Shown here: one piece after another, positions 60,975-64,000 of the stretch
Layout: each line of letters begins with the position of its first letter
Position numbering within the stretch: position 1 is the first letter of the stretch
From: Alphaproteobacteria bacterium
GTDB lineage: Bacteria > Pseudomonadota > Alphaproteobacteria > UBA9219
NCBI GenBank assembly: GCA_041908065.1
Contig: JAYRGC010000070.1
Coordinates: forward strand, 33,180 to 97,179
Direction: 5' to 3'
Length of the DNA stretch: 64,000 bases
Notes under the pieces: generated by a model
Told to the model about the DNA's origin: nothing
Database searches by the model: none
Seen by the model: only the letters and a program-made list of their open reading frames with translations
Position numbers and translations under genes: made by a program

Positions 60975-61153
60975 AACCAATGTCATTGCGAACGTCGCCC
61001 TTGCGACGCGAAGCAATCCAGACCTTATGGAGCAACGGCACTGGATTGCTTCGCCGCCTGAAGAAGTCGGCTTGCAATGACAGCCTTTGGCCGTAACAGG
61101 GTAGATGACGGCTATTTTGGAAAGGCAATACCCACCCGTTTTTCGTAAAAGCC
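60975..61153. repeat. MITE-like element copy J (right TIR only)
   Basis: gtcattgcgaacg..., hairpin gcgaagcaatccag...ctggattgcttcgccgcc, and right TIR tacccacccgtttttcgtaaaagcc. Confidence 0.8.
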
Positions 61154-61215
61154 TTTATTTTTGTGGCGGAGGAATTTTGTGTTATTCTCCGCGCTCCACC
61201 TTTCGGTTTCTCCGC

Positions 61216-62154
61216 ATGAATCTCCATCATATGCCGTCGCTTCCCGCAGGATTTTCCGCGCGCAAGATGTTCGCGGCCGCTTTGTCGTCGGCCATCGGAT
61301 TGGCGGAAGACTATTGGAAAGACGGCGGCGCGCCGCCGCCGATGCCGGTCATGGTCGAGCCGGTCTCGGAGGAAGAAGAGGAAAAACCCTCCGTTCCCCT
61401 GCGCTGGAACGCCGACCGATGCAAGATAATGGAAACCTTGTGGGGAATCGGCCAAGTCCTGCCCGGGGGCGGGATGACCGACGCTCTGGTCGCTCCGCTT
61501 GGGTTGAACAAGGAAATGAGCGTCTTGGATTTGTCCGCCGGACTTGGAGCGTTGGCGCGCAAACTGGCGGAGGAATTCAATACCTACGTCACGGGGATGG
61601 AGCCGGACGCGGTAGTGGCGGCGCGCGGCATGGAGATGTCGGTGGCCGCCGGAAAGAGCAAGCACGCGACCGTCGAATCGTACGAGCCGACCGCCTTTGA
61701 AAGCCATAGGCATTACGACTGCATAATCGCCCGCGAATTGTTCTATCGCGTTTCGGACAAGAAAAAGATGCTGAAATCGGTGGCCGACGCCCTGAAATCC
61801 CACGGGCAGCTGGTGTTCACCGATTACATCCTCGACTCGGGGCGCAAGGGCGATCCGGCAATCGCCGCATGGTTGGCGCACGAAACCGACGCCTCGCCCT
61901 TGTCGATGAACGAAATGGTCAAGATGTGCGGCAAGCTGGGGCTGGATGTGCGCATCAACGAGGATCAAACCGCCATTTACAGGCGAGAGGTCATGATGGG
62001 ATTGAAGTCTTTCATGGCTTTCCTGATCCAGAACAAGCCTGATAAGGAGACCGGCGGGCTTGCCCTGATGGAAGTTGAAAACTGGATCCATCGCGCCTCG
62101 GCGATGGAAAAGGGGCTTCAGTTCTGCCGCTTTTACGCGATAAAGAGTTTTTAG
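61216..62154 (+). CDS. Class I SAM-dependent methyltransferase-like protein
   Basis: Motif I VLDLSAGLGALA. In alphaproteobacteria ubiB usually follows ubiE at this position. Confidence 0.5.
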   Translation: MNLHHMPSLPAGFSARKMFAAALSSAIGLAEDYWKDGGAPPPMPVMVEPVSEEEEEKPSVPLRWNADRCKIMETLWGIGQVLPGGGMTDALVAPLGLNKEMSVLDLSAGLGALARKLAEEFNTYVTGMEPDAVVAARGMEMSVAAGKSKHATVESYEPTAFESHRHYDCIIARELFYRVSDKKKMLKSVADALKSHGQLVFTDYILDSGRKGDPAIAAWLAHETDASPLSMNEMVKMCGKLGLDVRINEDQTAIYRREVMMGLKSFMAFLIQNKPDKETGGLALMEVENWIHRASAMEKGLQFCRFYAIKSF

Positions 62155-62209
62155 CCACTATTACTAATCTCCCAACACAATACTTGACACATGATTGCGC
62201 CGCATAACT

Positions 62210-62340
62210 GCTATCATCTACCCTGTTACAACCAAAGACTGTCATTGCGAGCCGCCACACCTTTGGCTGTAACAGGGTAGATAACAGTGCTTGCTGATTC
62301 TATTTGCGTCCCAATTACCCGCCAATTTTGCGTAAGAGTC
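62210..62340. repeat. MITE-like element copy K (short; palindrome ctaccctgttacaaccaaag...ctttggctgtaacagggtag plus TIR tacccgccaattttgcgtaagagtc)
   Basis: gtcattgcgagccgcc core. Right TIR ends at 62340, adjacent to the uvrD stop. Confidence 0.75.
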
Positions 62341-64000
62341 TTATTTTCTTTCCACAAAATCCTGCACGACCTTTTTCATCCCGGCTTTGGCGAAGGCGAT
62401 TTCCAGTTTCGTTTTGTCTATGCGTCGCGCGACCACGCCTAATCCGAATTGCTGGTGGAAAACCCGATCTCCCGCTTTCAGCTCCTGCCCGCCATCGGGC
62501 GGCGCGGCGGGCGGCGGAGCGATGCGGCGTGACTGCCCTTCTATTGCCCCTTGCCGCGCCGCAGCTCCTATTTGCTGCCACAACGGCGGCGGCGCGGGAT
62601 CTATGCGGCCTTCGTTCGCGTACGCGCCAAAGTTGCCCGCCATCGCCCCTCTGTCGACGTGTGACGTGGGCAGCTCGGCGATGAAGCGCGAGGGGATGCG
62701 GGCTTGCCATCCCCCGTACACTTGCCGGCGGCTGGCGTGGCTGATCCACAGGCGGCGGCGGGCGCGGGTTATGCCGACGTAGGCCAGACGCCTCTCTTCC
62801 TCCAATCCGCGCTCGCCGCTTTCCTGCAGCGACATCTTGCTGGGGAAAAGCTCCTCCTCCCACCCGGGCAGGAACACGCAATCGAACTCCAACCCCTTCG
62901 CGCCGTGCAGCGTCATTACGCTGACTTGGGGAACGTTGTCGCGCTCGGTCGCCTCCATCACCAGCGAGACGTGTTCGAGGAACGCCTCCAGCGTGTCGAA
63001 CTCGGCCATGGCGTTGACCAATTCTTTCAGATTTTCAAGTCGCGCCGGAGCGTCGGGGGATTTGTCCTGTTGCCACATCAAGGTGTATCCGGATTCGTCG
63101 AGGACGACCCTCGCCACGTCGGCGTGGGGCTTCTCGCGCAACATCTCCCGCCATCTTGAAATGAACGTGACGAACGCGCGCAACGTCGTCCGCATTTTCG
63201 GCTTGGTTTCTTCGGCTTCGGCCAGCGCGGCGGCGGCGGCGCACAGGGAAATCCCGCGCTCGCGAGACAGCGCGTGGAGTTGTTGCATGACGGCGGGGCC
63301 GACGCCGCGCTTGGGCAGGTTGATGACGCGCTCGAACGCCAGATCGTCGTCGCCGGACATGACGAGGCGCAAGTACGCCAGAGCGTCGCGGATTTCTTGC
63401 CGTTCATAGAACCGCGCCCCCACCAGAACGCGATAGGGGATTCCGGCGCGGATGAACTTTTCCTCGAACAGGCGGGTTTGGAATCCGGCGCGCACCATCA
63501 CGGCTATTTGCCCCAACGCCGCGCCACGCTTGGCCAAGGATTCTATCTCGTCGGCCACCCATTGCGCCTCGTCGCCGCCGTCCCACAGTCCGCGCACCTG
63601 TATCTTTTCGCCCGCGTCCGCCGCCGTCCGCAAGGTCTTGCCCAGCCGCATCCTGTTGTTGGCGATAAGGCGCGAGGCCGCGCCCAGAATGTTTCCGGTG
63701 GAGCGGTAGTTGTCCTCCAGCCTTATCACCTTGGCCCCTGGGAAATCCTCCTCGAAGCGCAGGATGTTGCCGATCTCCGCCCCGCGCCAGCCGTAGATGG
63801 ATTGATCCTCGTCGCCGACGCAGCAAATGTTGCGCCGCGCTTGCGCCAGCAATCGCAACCACAGGTATTGCGCCACGTTGGTGTCTTGGTATTCGTCCAC
63901 CATAAGGTAGGCGAAGCGATCGTGATATTGCGCCAACACGTCGGGGTTTTCGCGCAACAGCGTCAGCTGATGCATTATCAGGTCGCCGAAATCGCAAGCG
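62341..64000 (-). CDS. uvrD: UvrD/Rep-family ATP-dependent DNA helicase (C-terminal part; N-terminus beyond the window end)
   Basis: Motifs LMVDEYQDTN, VTLHGAKGLEFDCVFL and VGITRAR. UvrD C-terminal tail. Confidence 0.85.
   Translation of the reverse strand, partial: ACDFGDLIMHQLTLLRENPDVLAQYHDRFAYLMVDEYQDTNVAQYLWLRLLAQARRNICCVGDEDQSIYGWRGAEIGNILRFEEDFPGAKVIRLEDNYRSTGNILGAASRLIANNRMRLGKTLRTAADAGEKIQVRGLWDGGDEAQWVADEIESLAKRGAALGQIAVMVRAGFQTRLFEEKFIRAGIPYRVLVGARFYERQEIRDALAYLRLVMSGDDDLAFERVINLPKRGVGPAVMQQLHALSRERGISLCAAAAALAEAEETKPKMRTTLRAFVTFISRWREMLREKPHADVARVVLDESGYTLMWQQDKSPDAPARLENLKELVNAMAEFDTLEAFLEHVSLVMEATERDNVPQVSVMTLHGAKGLEFDCVFLPGWEEELFPSKMSLQESGERGLEEERRLAYVGITRARRRLWISHASRRQVYGGWQARIPSRFIAELPTSHVDRGAMAGNFGAYANEGRIDPAPPPLWQQIGAAARQGAIEGQSRRIAPPPAAPPDGGQELKAGDRVFHQQFGLGVVARRIDKTKLEIAFAKAGMKKVVQDFVERK

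Overview
This is a high-GC alphaproteobacterial chromosomal window with dense housekeeping synteny. Recognised genes, in order: ctpA, divergent polysaccharide deacetylase, hdaA, AI-2E transporter, YhdP/AsmA2, hpf-ptsN, ribD-ribA-FkbM-panC, phaZ, comM, hisG-hisD, dciA-like, grxD-asd-dapB, adenosine kinase, proB, ODC, parB-parA-rsmG-mnmG, aspC-ubiE, and a partial uvrD. Several AT-richer accessory patches interrupt this backbone. (1) At 17.7-27.3 kb there is an R64/PAPI-1-style type IVb pilus operon in the conserved order pilL-like, N, O, P, Q, R, S and a minor pilin. It has no integrase or relaxase, a MITE sits between pilP and pilQ, and the minor pilin gene carries a G9 tract and a 21-bp tandem duplication. 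(2) At 39.8-42.0 kb a two-gene low-GC module encodes a protein that joins a classic prepilin N-terminus (RG|FTLVELAIV) to a Gly/Thr-rich fibre region and a phage tail-fibre intramolecular-chaperone (peptidase S74) C-terminal domain; I know of no such architecture and rate it the most interesting object here. (3) At 38.44-39.74 kb a DUF559 endonuclease gene is flanked by an inverted copy and a roughly 2.5-unit tandem array of a ~270-bp composite palindromic repeat. (4) At 29.65-32.6 kb a low-GC islet next to comM holds decayed IS630 and IS5 remnants plus secreted and TauE proteins. (5) A modular MITE-like family with terminal inverted repeat (TIR) GGCTCTTACGCAAAACGGGTGGGTA occurs in at least 11 copies plus a variant subfamily. 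Smaller low-GC insertions are also present (an XRE-fusion regulator with a SAM methyltransferase, two Cys-rich secreted proteins, and a hypothetical gene just beyond the mnmG start, where mnmE (not seen anywhere in this window) usually lies). No rRNA, tRNA or CRISPR could be identified by eye.
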